DNA of 20,000 nt, from contig WELB01000007.1 of assembly GCA_009602725.1 (NCBI GenBank), positions 1,366,941-1,386,940 of the forward strand, given 5' to 3'. Below, in pieces: positions 1 through 11,198 of the stretch (position 1 is its first letter; the number at the start of each line of letters is the position of its first letter). Both the position numbers and the translations under genes were made by a program. Under the pieces are notes generated by a model. The model saw only the letters and a program-made list of their open reading frames with translations. It was not told where the DNA came from and did no database searches. This stretch comes from Spirogloea muscicola (lineage: Eukaryota).

Positions 1-3000
1 TCTCCTTTAACTTGTCAATTTTTGCAAGAAGCGCAGGAGCATCCAGGCATGCATCGTCGCACCCAGTGAGGCTGTCATTGAGACTGCATAGGCATAAGAC
101 ATCAGCTATGATTTAGTTCGTGAGAGAACGGCACAATTTAATATCCTGTGCTGAGTACTCCTCAAATCAGCACAACCCACTACACCTGGAAGATTCAGCA
201 TTTGTAGACCTGGCAGCACAATCTTCCATGCTCAGCCTCACTAGCAGAGGCCGTATACAAAGCAAAGCAATAGAGCACAGCCTCTATCAGGAAACAACAA
301 AGCGATAAAGCACAGCCTCTATGAAGATACAGCATTGGGGCTGCTCAATGCAGGATTGACAAAGCAAACACTTGCTACCTGGCAGGATAGTAAGCCAGGT
401 AATGCAAACACATCTCGTTTAGCGTGGAAGGACCTCCAAGTGTATCATTCACCCTCCCTGTGCTATCCCACACACAGGTGGTTTCCAGGACGTCGCCAGC
501 CTGAATGGACAGATGCCTGCAAATGAGAACTCTCTTGCTACAAGAGTTTTAGCTATCCTTACTTGCAAGCATTGCAGTGGCTCAGCCAAGCCTTGAGAGA
601 ATTAATGCAGCTCACAGCAGCTTGCCAATATTACTACCCCTTCCTCAGCCTTATGAAGCGAATTACTAATACTGAAGCACATGCATGGTGCTTCAGTAGG
701 CACAACAAGGCATCTTGTTATCTGCACTTTCAAGGCAAAATGAAGGAACTGTGCTGAACAAGGCAACTGGAGTACCTGAACTTGCACGGGCACAGCGAAG
801 TCGGTTAGTTGTTGAAATGAAAAGTCATAGTAATCAGCTCGATTGATATATTTAACAAAACTTCCATTGCGGTAGAGAGAAGTCCAAATAGACTTGCCAA
901 TGAGATGTTGGTGGAGAAGTGACGCAAATACTGCCACCGCATTAACAGCTTATCAGATCAGCTGCCATTGATTAGCAGGCACAGGAACATCCAAAAGAAG
1001 CAACATGAATGTTATGCAGCTTTGCTCAGGTCCCTGCCTGTGATTGGACCGTTCTTGAAGAGCCTGTTGGTACAGCCAGAGCTGCATTTACTTGTCACGG
1101 TCCAGGAAGGCATTCCTGTGCAAGAAATGAATACAGCTTCTCAGCACTTCACCACTCAGAATTTCTAACTGGGGTGCAATGAAATTGTACAAGGTGCTAT
1201 GAAGTCATCCTGAAGCATTCCCAGAAACACAGTGCTGTCCTTGTCAAGTGACAAGGCATACCTGGCGGAATGCGAAGGCCCTTTGCAATTGTTGGTCCAA
1301 TCGGCCAAGTCCCCGCATCATATTTTCGCAGCTAAAAATCAAGTCACACGGCATATCAATGACGTCTCACATGTCAAGGATGCTCCCTCTTTTGAGAGCA
1401 TATTCCTTATTGATCTAGTGTCTAGGTTGCACCTGACAAGCTTTTGGAAACAGAGGAGGTCTGAAGTATGACACTTGAAGGTATATCTAAATGATTCCTT
1501 ACTGAAGCACATGTTGGGGACATTGTGTGATTGATTGTTACTAGTGTAGCTGTAAACGCTTGTCAAATCAATCTCAATGCATTCTTGCAATTCACCAATC
1601 CTTACAAATCTCTACTACTCATAAATCTCGAAGAAGACACTCAGCATGTACTGGCAGACATTGACGATAAGCAACAGGGCTGCCTTGAAACAAAGGTCAG
1701 AAAAAGATGACGTGCAACTTTGTGATCTATCGTCTTCAAGTGAAGCACTTGTGGGAATGGTGGCTTCCTGGTGGAAGAATCAAGGGCCTTCAGGGTATGC
1801 ATGCATACCTTGTCACTCAAGGTCAAGGCTAGGCCAGAGTTGTCCACAACCCCTGTAAGCCCCGTTGGGTTGGTGTAGTGCGTCTCTAGTACGAGCTTGG
1901 TGTTCCCCCCTGGGCCAAAGGGGAGGCCTGCCAACGGGGGTGCTTCAAAAGGGAGACCGCCAATGGCCCATCCAACCACGGATCTGATACAAGGGGCCAG
2001 GATCTTTATGCAATCAAAGGGATCTTCAGGTGGAAGACCAGCCCACTCCTCGTCAGTGCATGAGTAGAGGATCATGTGGTGCACAGTCTGCGGAGCAGAG
2101 GACCTGCAGACAACCAATGAGCTGTCTGAGGCTGCACAACACAGCCCAATGCCAAGCATCTCCTTCCTGACGTTTTCAGAATAATTTACATGCTACTGTT
2201 CCATGCGAGGCTAAGGGCCTGTACACACCTGATCAGAGGCGCAACACCAACAACATGGCGCTTGACTTCAAAGGGAACCACAAAACGCTTGCAGGTGTAA
2301 GTGGTGTAGACTGGAGAAAGGGTAAGGTTCTTAACGGTGACATTATATCTGGAGAGGCAAGATATGGAATGCGTCATCAACTACATGATACACTGAAGGA
2401 CAGCTAAGTAGTATCCAAATAAGAATCAGATTACCACTCAGCTGCTTGTCCCCACTAGGGCAATCTACTGCAGTACTTCCCTATCTACCTTTACGAACAA
2501 GCCCAGCGCAACTGCTTCATGTGTGTGTGCGGCATGAGTTGGTCCAAGTATCCTGCTGTATAGAAGAATGTACGTTGCTTCTCTATCACACAGACTGGTA
2601 AACGTCTCACTTTACTTAAACCCTAAGAAAAGCTTACTCACACTTCCGGAGAAGCAGGCCCCTGCAGCATGACACCTACTCCTGGACCATACAGACGGAG
2701 AGTCTGACTTCCTCGATTTTGCAGGCCATGATAAGCCAGTTCGTCCGAGGAGCCAAAGGACCATATCAGATGCACCTGCATCCATGAGCAGCAACAATCA
2801 GCTGACAGATTATGTTATGCTGGTGCAACATGGCAGTGAAGAATTCAGAAACAGGTAAGTGTGTCACGTACCTGACCTTGATCGATGTCCCTGTCATTAC
2901 AGTCACCAGTCACGAGGGGTCTCTTAAATTCTAGATATGTCCATATTGTGCCGTTGGCATCAGTGCTCTCCTCCCCTGAGATCGTGGTAACATCTTGCTG

Positions 3001-3965
3001 CATGTCCAGGAGGACACCCGACTTATCCAGAGACTGGTTGTATGCGAAGTAGTCCAGCACAACAGCTTCGCCATCCTTGACGTGTCCTACCATGATGTCT
3101 GCACAGAAGCTTGACGCTCATCAATGAAGAATATCGCTGATAGATAAGGAAGACTTCTAGCAAGGTCGGATGCTGACGCAGTTGCAACAACAAGCACTGC
3201 TTAGGCATGCCAGCAGCCCCACCACCGTGGATATTGCAGGGGTCATTGGTCAATGTCCTGAATCTGTGGAATTCTGAGTGCTTTTAAACACAGCATCATG
3301 CAGAGGTGGGGATGGAGCTAGCGGCTAGTGATTCGCAATGAAGACCTGAGCCCTTCATGGAGCCGACTTCCGAGATGCCGAGGCCGACAAAGCCGGACGT
3401 GCGCACCCTAACACCAAACTGGTAGAAACAAGGCAAAGCGACCGAGTAAGATTTGGCCTGCAGGAGCTAAGCCCATCTTACTCGACTAGCTACTCATCGG
3501 ATTTGCTAAGTCACTAGGAATGTGGGTGCTTCCATGGCCGGACTGGCCTTCTTCATGCATACTGGCAGGACTGCCGGACATGCCCCAGTCCTACAGCTGG
3601 AGCCAACGGTACTTGTGAATGTACATGCAAAAAAAGGAGTCCCTTTTCTTGCGAGCTCTTCACTACTGCCTTGACGGAGCGCCAGTCAAGCCATTCGGCT
3701 AAGAGACAGGCAGGCAAAGACATGGCTGCCTCGGCCAGCACAGCGCAGTCTGCTGGGGAGGAGGGTGTGCGCGGGCGACCTGCATGGCGCTGCCATTGTC
3801 GGTTAGCTTCCAGAAGAGAGAGTAGCTGTCCGCGAGTCTGACGCCGTACGCGTAGTCGCTGCCATCAAACGGCGGGGGCGTCTGTGCAGGCGCCGGGGCG
3901 GCCGCGGCGGCGGCGGCCCATGCCGCCGAGCAGGCGACGGCCAGCGCCAGGAGCAGGCCGGCGGC
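1..3965 (-). CDS. DBH/MOXD1-like copper type II ascorbate-dependent monooxygenase with N-terminal DOMON domain, paralog A (partial: start lies in or beyond the N gap, 3' end runs off the left edge)
   Basis: Phase-consistent exons (minus): <3965-3780, 3418-3346, 3098-2872, 2775-2642, 2348-2229, 2103-1809, 1331-1262, 1115-1038, 930-776, 500-379, 83->1. Signal-peptide-like AAGLLLALAVACSAAWA. DOMON motifs YSLFWKL, GFVGLGISEVGSMKGSD, LEFKRPL, LIWSFG..LAYHG. Copper ligands in VHHMILY, LETHYTNP, LLHQHLIGK and NEMCLHYLAYYP, plus YDFSFQ and GDVLETTC. Confidence 0.92.
263..322 (+). repeat. Short direct repeat (25 bp, period 35) in an intron of monooxygenase A
   Basis: caaagcaatagagcacagcctctat (263-287) and caaagcgataaagcacagcctctat (298-322). 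Confidence 0.8.
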
Positions 3966-4470
3966 NNNNNNNNNNNNNNNNNNNNNNNNNNNNNNNNNNN
4001 NNNNNNNNNNNNNNNNNNNNNNNNNNNNNNNNNNNNNNNNNNNNNNNNNNNNNNNNNNNNNNNNNNNNNNNNNNNNNNNNNNNNNNNNNNNNNNNNNNNN
4101 NNNNNNNNNNNNNNNNNNNNNNNNNNNNNNNNNNNNNNNNNNNNNNNNNNNNNNNNNNNNNNNNNNNNNNNNNNNNNNNNNNNNNNNNNNNNNNNNNNNN
4201 NNNNNNNNNNNNNNNNNNNNNNNNNNNNNNNNNNNNNNNNNNNNNNNNNNNNNNNNNNNNNNNNNNNNNNNNNNNNNNNNNNNNNNNNNNNNNNNNNNNN
4301 NNNNNNNNNNNNNNNNNNNNNNNNNNNNNNNNNNNNNNNNNNNNNNNNNNNNNNNNNNNNNNNNNNNNNNNNNNNNNNNNNNNNNNNNNNNNNNNNNNNN
4401 NNNNNNNNNNNNNNNNNNNNNNNNNNNNNNNNNNNNNNNNNNNNNNNNNNNNNNNNNNNNNNNNNNNNNN
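3966..4470. other. Assembly gap (N run), probably covering the start of monooxygenase A
   Basis: Run of N flanked by GC-rich exon 1 sequence and a poly-C tract. Confidence 0.99.
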
Positions 4471-4538
4471 CCCCCCCCCCCCCCCGAGGCCCCATGCTCC
4501 CGAAATTCCCCATGCTCCCACCTTGGAGAGAGACGCTT

Positions 4539-4630
4539 CCAGTAGAGAGAAAAGCGCGGCCGAATTGACTGGTGGCTGGGAGAAGCCAGCCCAAAAGGAA
4601 TGGACAAGGTCAAGAGGAGCCGAATGGCGC
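4539..4630 (-). repeat. Dispersed repeat, diverged inverted copy upstream of monooxygenase A
   Basis: Reverse complement reads ...ggctcctcttgaccttgtccattccttttgggctggcttctcccagccaccagtcaattcggccgcgcttttctctctactgg. Confidence 0.75.
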
Positions 4631-4730
4631 AGAAAGCAGGGGACTAAGTGCTAAGAGGACAAGGAGGCTCTCAGTAACCTCTAGTCAGCAAGTGCAGGTC
4701 AGAATAGCTACTAGAGGGCGGGAAGACGTC

Positions 4731-4818
4731 GCCCAGTAGAGGCGATGGATGTGGTGGCCGGCCCAAAAGAAAGAATTAACACAATCCGAAGGGGCCAGAG
4801 AAAGAGCTGAAGCACACA
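4731..4818 (-). repeat. Dispersed repeat, highly degenerate inverted copy
   Basis: Reverse complement: tgtgtgcttcagctctttctctggccccttcggattgtgttaattctttcttttgggccggcc...ctctactgggc. Confidence 0.5.
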
Positions 4819-5100
4819 GTGACTCAAGTGGCCCACCGTTGATAGCCTCTCCAGCCAGCCGCTACTGTCTGCTCAGCTGGCGCTCACTCGGCCCCCTCTG
4901 CAGCGTGTCGAATGTGCTCACGCGGCCCAACGACCTTGCAATCTCGCGGTCAGCCCACTCCCAGCCATTCTATCATGCGATCTCCTATGTAGGATGGACT
5001 TTGACCACTACAGCCGGCTCCCAATGTGCAAGTTAGCTTAGAATATGCTGTATGTTTGATTGGTCTGATAATATGTATGAATGACTGGAAGGTCACAAAT

Positions 5101-8100
5101 TCACAGATGTGCTACGATGAGGACTGCCCCTGCGATTATCGCACAACGGTTCAGAATAAAAGTAGGAGCGAGCATCAAGCCTTTTGATGGTGGGGATGAC
5201 ATAGGAGCTGGTGTCCCAGTCGGTGTCACTCCTTGCGGCGCTCCATTTGGCAAAGTCGTTACATCAAAGGCAGACTTTGAAATACAGCCGGCCAACGGTG
5301 ATTGAAGTATATTTGCACCTTGGTATGTGGGATCGCATGTGCTGTTGCTGTCAACAACGACCAGAGATGTATTCCTGCAGTAATTGAAGCCAATTCGTCA
5401 GAAACCATGTAACCCGTGTGCGCAGGATGTGCTTGCTACCTGACACTCTTGACTTGATGTAGGAGAGTGTGACAAGCAGTACATGGCAACCTGAACCGCA
5501 CAGTCAAGGTCAAGTAAGGTATCTCGTTGTGGCAGAGAGCACGGGCATTGGATTGGCATCTCACTGGTATGTGGATGAAGAGGTGCCTGAAGGAGCACTC
5601 CCACAATAATCAATGTGAAGAGGCACTTTCGACCGTAGCACACCTCCCACGCTTGCATTCAATGCAAGAACTTCAGCTTCAGCTTGTAAATAATCAGAAG
5701 GGCTCAAGGACTGCAGTTGTTTGAGTTGGTCATCATCAACGTAGATGCATGTATCATCGCATCCACTCAAACCATCGTCCAAGCTGCTCACGAGAGTGAA
5801 GAACCTTGTCAGTTCTTGCATCAGACAATGAAGTATTGCTCTTGATGATGTTCTATGCTTATTCGACTGGAGAAGATGTGGTCTCTCCGCAATCAAGCAT
5901 TTGTCGAGCAAGTGAGCCACTGTCTGGGGCAGAGGGGACTTAAAAAATTGGCTGATTAAGATTTTTCGAAGTAACAGCGAAGCTGACCTGGCTGGATAGT
6001 ATGTGAGGTAGTGCAAGCACATCTCATCTGTTGTAGCAAGTCCTCCAACTGTATTGTTGACTCTACCTGTGCTGTCCCAAACGCATGTCGTTTCCAACAC
6101 ATCTCCTGCCTGTAAGCTACAAGTGACTCAAGTCAGGTGAAAGGAGCATCTTGCTAGACTAGAGACACAAGAACCAGCTTTGCTTATTTGCAGCTCATGC
6201 ATGATGACTTGGTAAGATTGACTTAGGCAAATGCAAAGCAGCACAGGTCAGCTATGTTTCACGGAAGTAACAACCCATGATTCTTCAGCTGCACTGCTTG
6301 ATACATATGTGTCATCAGCTTTGACAGTTGTATGCAGAACACTATTAGCAAATGGGCTGGAACGACCTGGAGTCTCAGAGGGGTAGGGAAAATTGATGTT
6401 TGCTGAAAGGCAAAGTCGTAGTAATCAGCTCTGTTTAGGTACTTGACGAATGTGCCATTACGAGTTAGCGATGTCCACTGTGACTTGCCAATGAGATGTT
6501 GGTGGAGCAAAGAAGAGATTACTGAACAGACGAATTGCAATTCAGGGTGGACACAGTCAGGTCCAACTTAGCAACTCAAATCAGCACATCTTCACTGAGG
6601 ATGTACAGAAATGCACACCTGTATTGCTCCTTGTACAGAAAAATCACAGTCATGTCAGAAGCTATGAGGCCACATCATAAAATATATGTAGTCATTTTAG
6701 CAGAAGCAAGTTGGTGCTAATCAAATCACCTGTAATAGGCCCATTCTTGAAGAGCTTCTTGGTGCAACTCAATGAGCACTTGCTCTTCACTGTCCACGAA
6801 GGCATTCCTGTTCAGCAATGAGTCGATTGAATTAGTGATTGTCAGTTATATTTCTCCTATACATTCTTGCTGTGAAGCAAATCAGCACCTGGAGGGATGA
6901 CGATTGACTGGGCCACGGTGGGTCCAAGCGGCCAGGTTCCTGCATCGTAATCCCTGAGCTGCATCCAGAATGTTATCAAGAGATGTCATTTCCATCACAT
7001 AACTAGGATTGTATTGTCAACGTTCCATGATCATGTAGCAGAAGCAGCTTCGCTTCTGCCTGCTCAGACCATATGAAGCATGCAATGAGATACACACAGG
7101 TGCTAGTATTACAGGCGTGCAGTAGTGCTCTTGGTGTCCAATGCATGCACAATGTGTCACCTTGTCACTGAAGGTAAACTTCAGCCCAGAGCTGTCAACA
7201 ACTCCAGAAATGGAAGATGGATTGGTGTAATGCATTTCCAGCACCATTTTAACATATCCTCCAGGTCCGAATGGAAGGCCAGCAGCTGGTGGAAAGTCGT
7301 ATGGGAGGCCTCCAATGGCCCAAGCCAGTATTGTCTTGGCACAGGGGATTGCTTGTGTGAGGCAATCAAATTGATCAGCCAGTGCAGCGAACTCTTGATC
7401 TGTGCAAGAGTATAGTACCATGTGATGCACTGTAGACGGTTCTGGGGTTCTGCACAACATAGGAGACTTCTTGATGAGCATTGAGAATCCTGACTTCGTA
7501 TAGCATGCTGCTGTGGAGCAAGTAGGTAGCACTCCAAGCTTTCTCCAATTTTGGAATGACTGCAAGGTAATAGGACTGAAAGAGCATCCACTGGGCTGCA
7601 CCTGATCTGAGGTTCATAGTGGATCGCATGTCGTTTATTCTTGAATGGAGAAACAAATTTCTTGCAGACGTATGTAGTGAAATCCACCGGAACAGTATAG
7701 TTCTCAAAGCTCGTAACGAAACTGCAAGAGGGAGACTCAAATGGGCACAACTTCAATGTGTTGTGCATTTTCACATCACAGTTCACAGTATTTAAGGGAA
7801 GGTCATCTTCATGGTGGGCATGGAGGAACATCATTGGATGTATGTCTTGATATATGCTTCAGATGCTATTGCAGAGGAGTTGAAGCATGGACAATATGAA
7901 CGTGGCACACGTGACAGGAGATGCGGCCTCCTGCAGCACGACCCCTGCTCCAGGGCCATAGAGGTGGATGGTTTTGCTTCCACGATTAACAGGACCGTGA
8001 TAAGCGAGATCATCGGTAGGCCCAAAAGACCAGACTAGATTAACCTGCACTTTAAACCGCGAAGAGTGTCAGACTTGCTCACCACACCCTGCATGTAACA

Positions 8101-9124
8101 TGTTGCGCTTCCCCTGTGAGCAAGGGTGGCAGACCCCTGCGCCACTTGCCCTCACTAACGACATGACATGATCATGTATGATTGCAGCATGATGTCCCAT
8201 GCACTTCCTCTAGACGAGCGTAGCATCTGATGCCGACAACAAGTGCAATGAGGATCATGGAGGTCGCTGCTGTACCTGACCCATGGAGATGTTGCGGTCA
8301 TTGCAATCAGTGCTGTACAATGATCTCTTGAACTCGAGGGAGGTCCAGATTGTCCCATTTACATCTGCACTTTCTTCCCCTGAAAGGGTGATCACATCTT
8401 GCTGGAAGTCTAGGAGCACTCCTTCGCGAGACTGGTTGTATGCAAAATAATCAAGCACCAGCGCTTGATTGTTATTCACTGTTCCCACAATGAGATCTGC
8501 AATATCCAAGTGTGCCAATCATGGCACACGCTTGCATGAGAGTATACCCTTCAGACAAGACCACGTTCTGCTCAAGCAAAGTATACCTGTGCTCAGCTCG
8601 TTCCCAGATCTAAATGCCAAGACTTCGTAATCGCTTGCAGCTACTTTTACAGTGCCGAATACTATGATGGACTAACAGACTGCTAGTAGCTGCACATTGC
8701 AGGGGCTCGCTGTTTGGCGTAGTGATTATCGACAAGGTGGTATATGCACCTGAGCCCTTCATGGAGCCGACCTCAGATATGCCGAGGCCTACAAAGCCCT
8801 GCGTACGAGCCTTGACACCAAACTGCACGATCACAGAGGCCCCTCGACCTTGTTTTATCATCAAACTGCAGTCTTTTCCTTGCCAACATAGATCTCTGTC
8901 AAGTGCAAGTGACTGCAAGCTCCAGCATTGCTGACAGGCGGACGAATGTGGGTACAGACCTGTATGGAGGTGGAGTCCTCGATCAGCTTCCAGAAGAGCT
9001 TGTAGTCGGTACTGAGGTCCACGCTGTACGAGTAGACGCTCTCATTGAAAGCGTACGCAGAGTAACAGCAGGAGGCGATGGTGACCAGGCCTGCAACTGA
9101 TCGTAGCAGGGCAGACATGGCCAT
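5101..9124 (-). CDS. DBH/MOXD1-like copper type II ascorbate-dependent monooxygenase with DOMON domain, paralog B (complete, ~639 aa, signal peptide and GPI/TM-like C-terminal tail)
   Basis: Exons (minus): 9124-8960, 8822-8750, 8496-8276, 8044-7911, 7721-7602, 7449-7161, 6958-6889, 6807-6730, 6521-6367, 6109-5988, 5783-5565, 5374-5101. These total 1920 nt, all GT-AG and in phase; the last junction is least certain. Motifs: MAMSALLRSVAGLVTIASCCYSAYA signal, GSMKGSD, LAYHG, VHHMVLY, LEMHYTNP, HQHLIGK, YDFAFQ, DEMCLHYLTYYP. Confidence 0.92.
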
Positions 9125-9988
9125 GTTGGCAAGCGAGGTGCGAGGTGCTCGAGCAAGGGACGGGCAGCGGGACGGCGATGCCCGGTGTCGCAGGAGGGCC
9201 AGCAGCTGAAGAGCAGGTGCTTGCGAGTACGCGAGGACTGGGGTGCACTACTAAAGGAGAATGACAATTGCTTGCAAATGACGACCGCTGCAGCCGCCAC
9301 GGCGGGGCTGGGCGAGCTGCAGGAATCGGGGGAGCCTCGGCAGCTAGCTGGACCCGCGGCGCTGCGGGGAGGGGCAAACGCGTCTGCCGTGCGGGAAGGT
9401 GCGGATGTTACTGGCCACGAGCCTCGCGACGGGGCGGCCCTTTGTATCGCATGGCGGGGGCGTTCCCACAGATATATGGCGTCCTTTCTCCCTTGTGTTT
9501 GCGATTTTGTGAGCCTGTCCGATAATGTATGTGCTCATCCGTGGGTACCAACGTCACACTGTCGTCCCCTTAGCCACCTTGGCACAGTGCTTCGAATCAT
9601 GTAGCCCCAAGCTTTGCACTAGTTTTTGCCTGAACACAGTGCTGGCTTGCATTATTAGTCCATTTCATGCGCACAGCGCGCATCCGCTGTGCACACGGCG
9701 GTGGCGCTGATTCGCGGTGGGAGCCGGGGGGGGGTTGGTTGGCCTTCGCGCCCGCTTCCCGCCGCCTTCCCCCCGGCTCCCGATCCCCCGGCCCCGCTCC
9801 CCGGCCGCCTGTGTGGGCCCCCCGACGCTGCTTCCTGCCCAGTTGCGCTCCCCCCCCGCCATCATTACGGTCGGCCACGCCGCCCGCGGTTACAGGCGGG
9901 AGCAACTCCCTTCTCTCCGGTCCCTGGGCTAGGCCGATCATCGCCTCTCTGATTCGCGGCTGCTTAGCAGGGGTTACTGAGTGATTTG

Positions 9989-10210
9989 CCCTGGCTCCCT
10001 TCTCGTACTTTGTCCATTCTTTTTTGGGCTGGCTGTTCCAGCCCCTATCCTCAATCGGCGAGCTCTTTCTTCGATTTGCAGCTGCTTTCTTTCTTTGTGT
10101 GCTTTGTTTTCTTAGCGCTTCCTCTGGCCCCCTTCTCGTACTTTGTTCATTCTTTTTTGGGCTGGCATTTCCAGCCCCTATCCTCAATGGGCGAGCCCTT
10201 CTTCTACTGG
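9989..10210 (+). repeat. Dispersed promoter-region repeat, two tandem units (period 133 bp)
   Basis: ctggctcccttctcgtactttgtccattcttttttgggctggctgttccagcccctatcctcaat at 9991 recurs as ctggcccccttctcgtactttgttcattcttttttgggctggcatttccagcccctatcctcaat at 10124. Confidence 0.9.
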
Positions 10211-11122
10211 GAGAACTTGGGTAGGACTAAAGTACCCACGCGTGAGGAGCCGCAAATCCGAAAGACTAGAAGCCGGAAAGCCATCCCCTAAGTTTGATTG
10301 CTTCAATACACGAAATTCTTCCTAAAGAAAGGCAGAGGCTGCAGCGAGAGCACGGCCAGCATGCAGGTGCAAGGCGTGGGCCATGGACCGCTCAATGTTT
10401 CCATGGGCGAGCCCTTTCTTTTATGCTCAAATTTCTTCTGCTCCCAGTAGTTCCGTCATTCCTGGCGCACACCGTCGGGTCGGCAGGCCCGCCGCCGCCA
10501 TCTACGATGTCGCGCTGGCGTCGCGGAGGGTCCGTGCCACCCTGCTCCAGCGTGGAGATCTCCCCTCGCTGAGCCCGACAAGCGTAAGGCTTTGATTGGC
10601 CACCCTTTCCAATTTCAAAGCGCCTTTCTCACTGGCCCCGACAAGCGTACGACGGCGGTTGCACATCTGCGGGGCTCGGGCCTCGCTTGCGTGTCTCACC
10701 AACACGCCACCGGGCTGGCAAACGACAAACACCGTGCCGCTTGAAGCTGTCTTCTCCTTGGTTTGGCTGCTTGGCGTGAGGGTCACGCCACTTGACAGAA
10801 GCAATCAGACGCACTTAGAAGTTGGCCTAGTCGTATCCCACTCTCATCTGATGTGAAGTCGACGCCAGGCTTAGACGCGTCCGACTGCGCGTCGAATGTG
10901 CGCATGAGTTATACGCTTTCCACGTTTGTTTACGCTGTTCACTTCATTATGTGAAGAACGGTCTTAATGTGGTATTCAGGGCCACTGCCTCAATGAACCA
11001 AGAAGTGCGGAACTCCCTCCGCACCTGCTCGGTATCATTCGAGACCCTCATTCGCCTTTTCAGACTGGCTGCCATCATCCTCAGCCCGCTTTTCACGCCC
11101 TTTGAAACAACGAACTAGCAAC

Positions 11123-11198
11123 TACAAGAGAAGTTCCTCATAAGGGGCGAGGTCCGTGACAGGCCAGCCCAGAAGGAATGACAAGGTCCACAGAAGCC
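11123..11198 (-). repeat. Dispersed repeat, degenerate inverted copy
   Basis: Plus strand gccagcccagaaggaatgacaaggtc (11163-11188) versus gccagcccaaaaggaatggacaaggtc (4585-4611). Confidence 0.6.

Noticed and set aside
3699..4654. Long ORFs of 218-304 aa spanning the first gap
   Set aside because: Their length is an artefact of the N run; only the minus-strand part 3965-3780 is coding (exon 1 of monooxygenase A).
9989..10210. Palindromic repeats as a CRISPR array or rho-independent terminators
   Set aside because: Only two tandem units, no unique spacers, no cas genes and a spliceosomal eukaryotic context; the T run precedes rather than follows the hairpin.
9185..10325. Overlapping ORFs including a 196-aa minus-strand ORF
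   Set aside because: Low-complexity translations of a GC island and the dispersed repeat, with no domain motifs.
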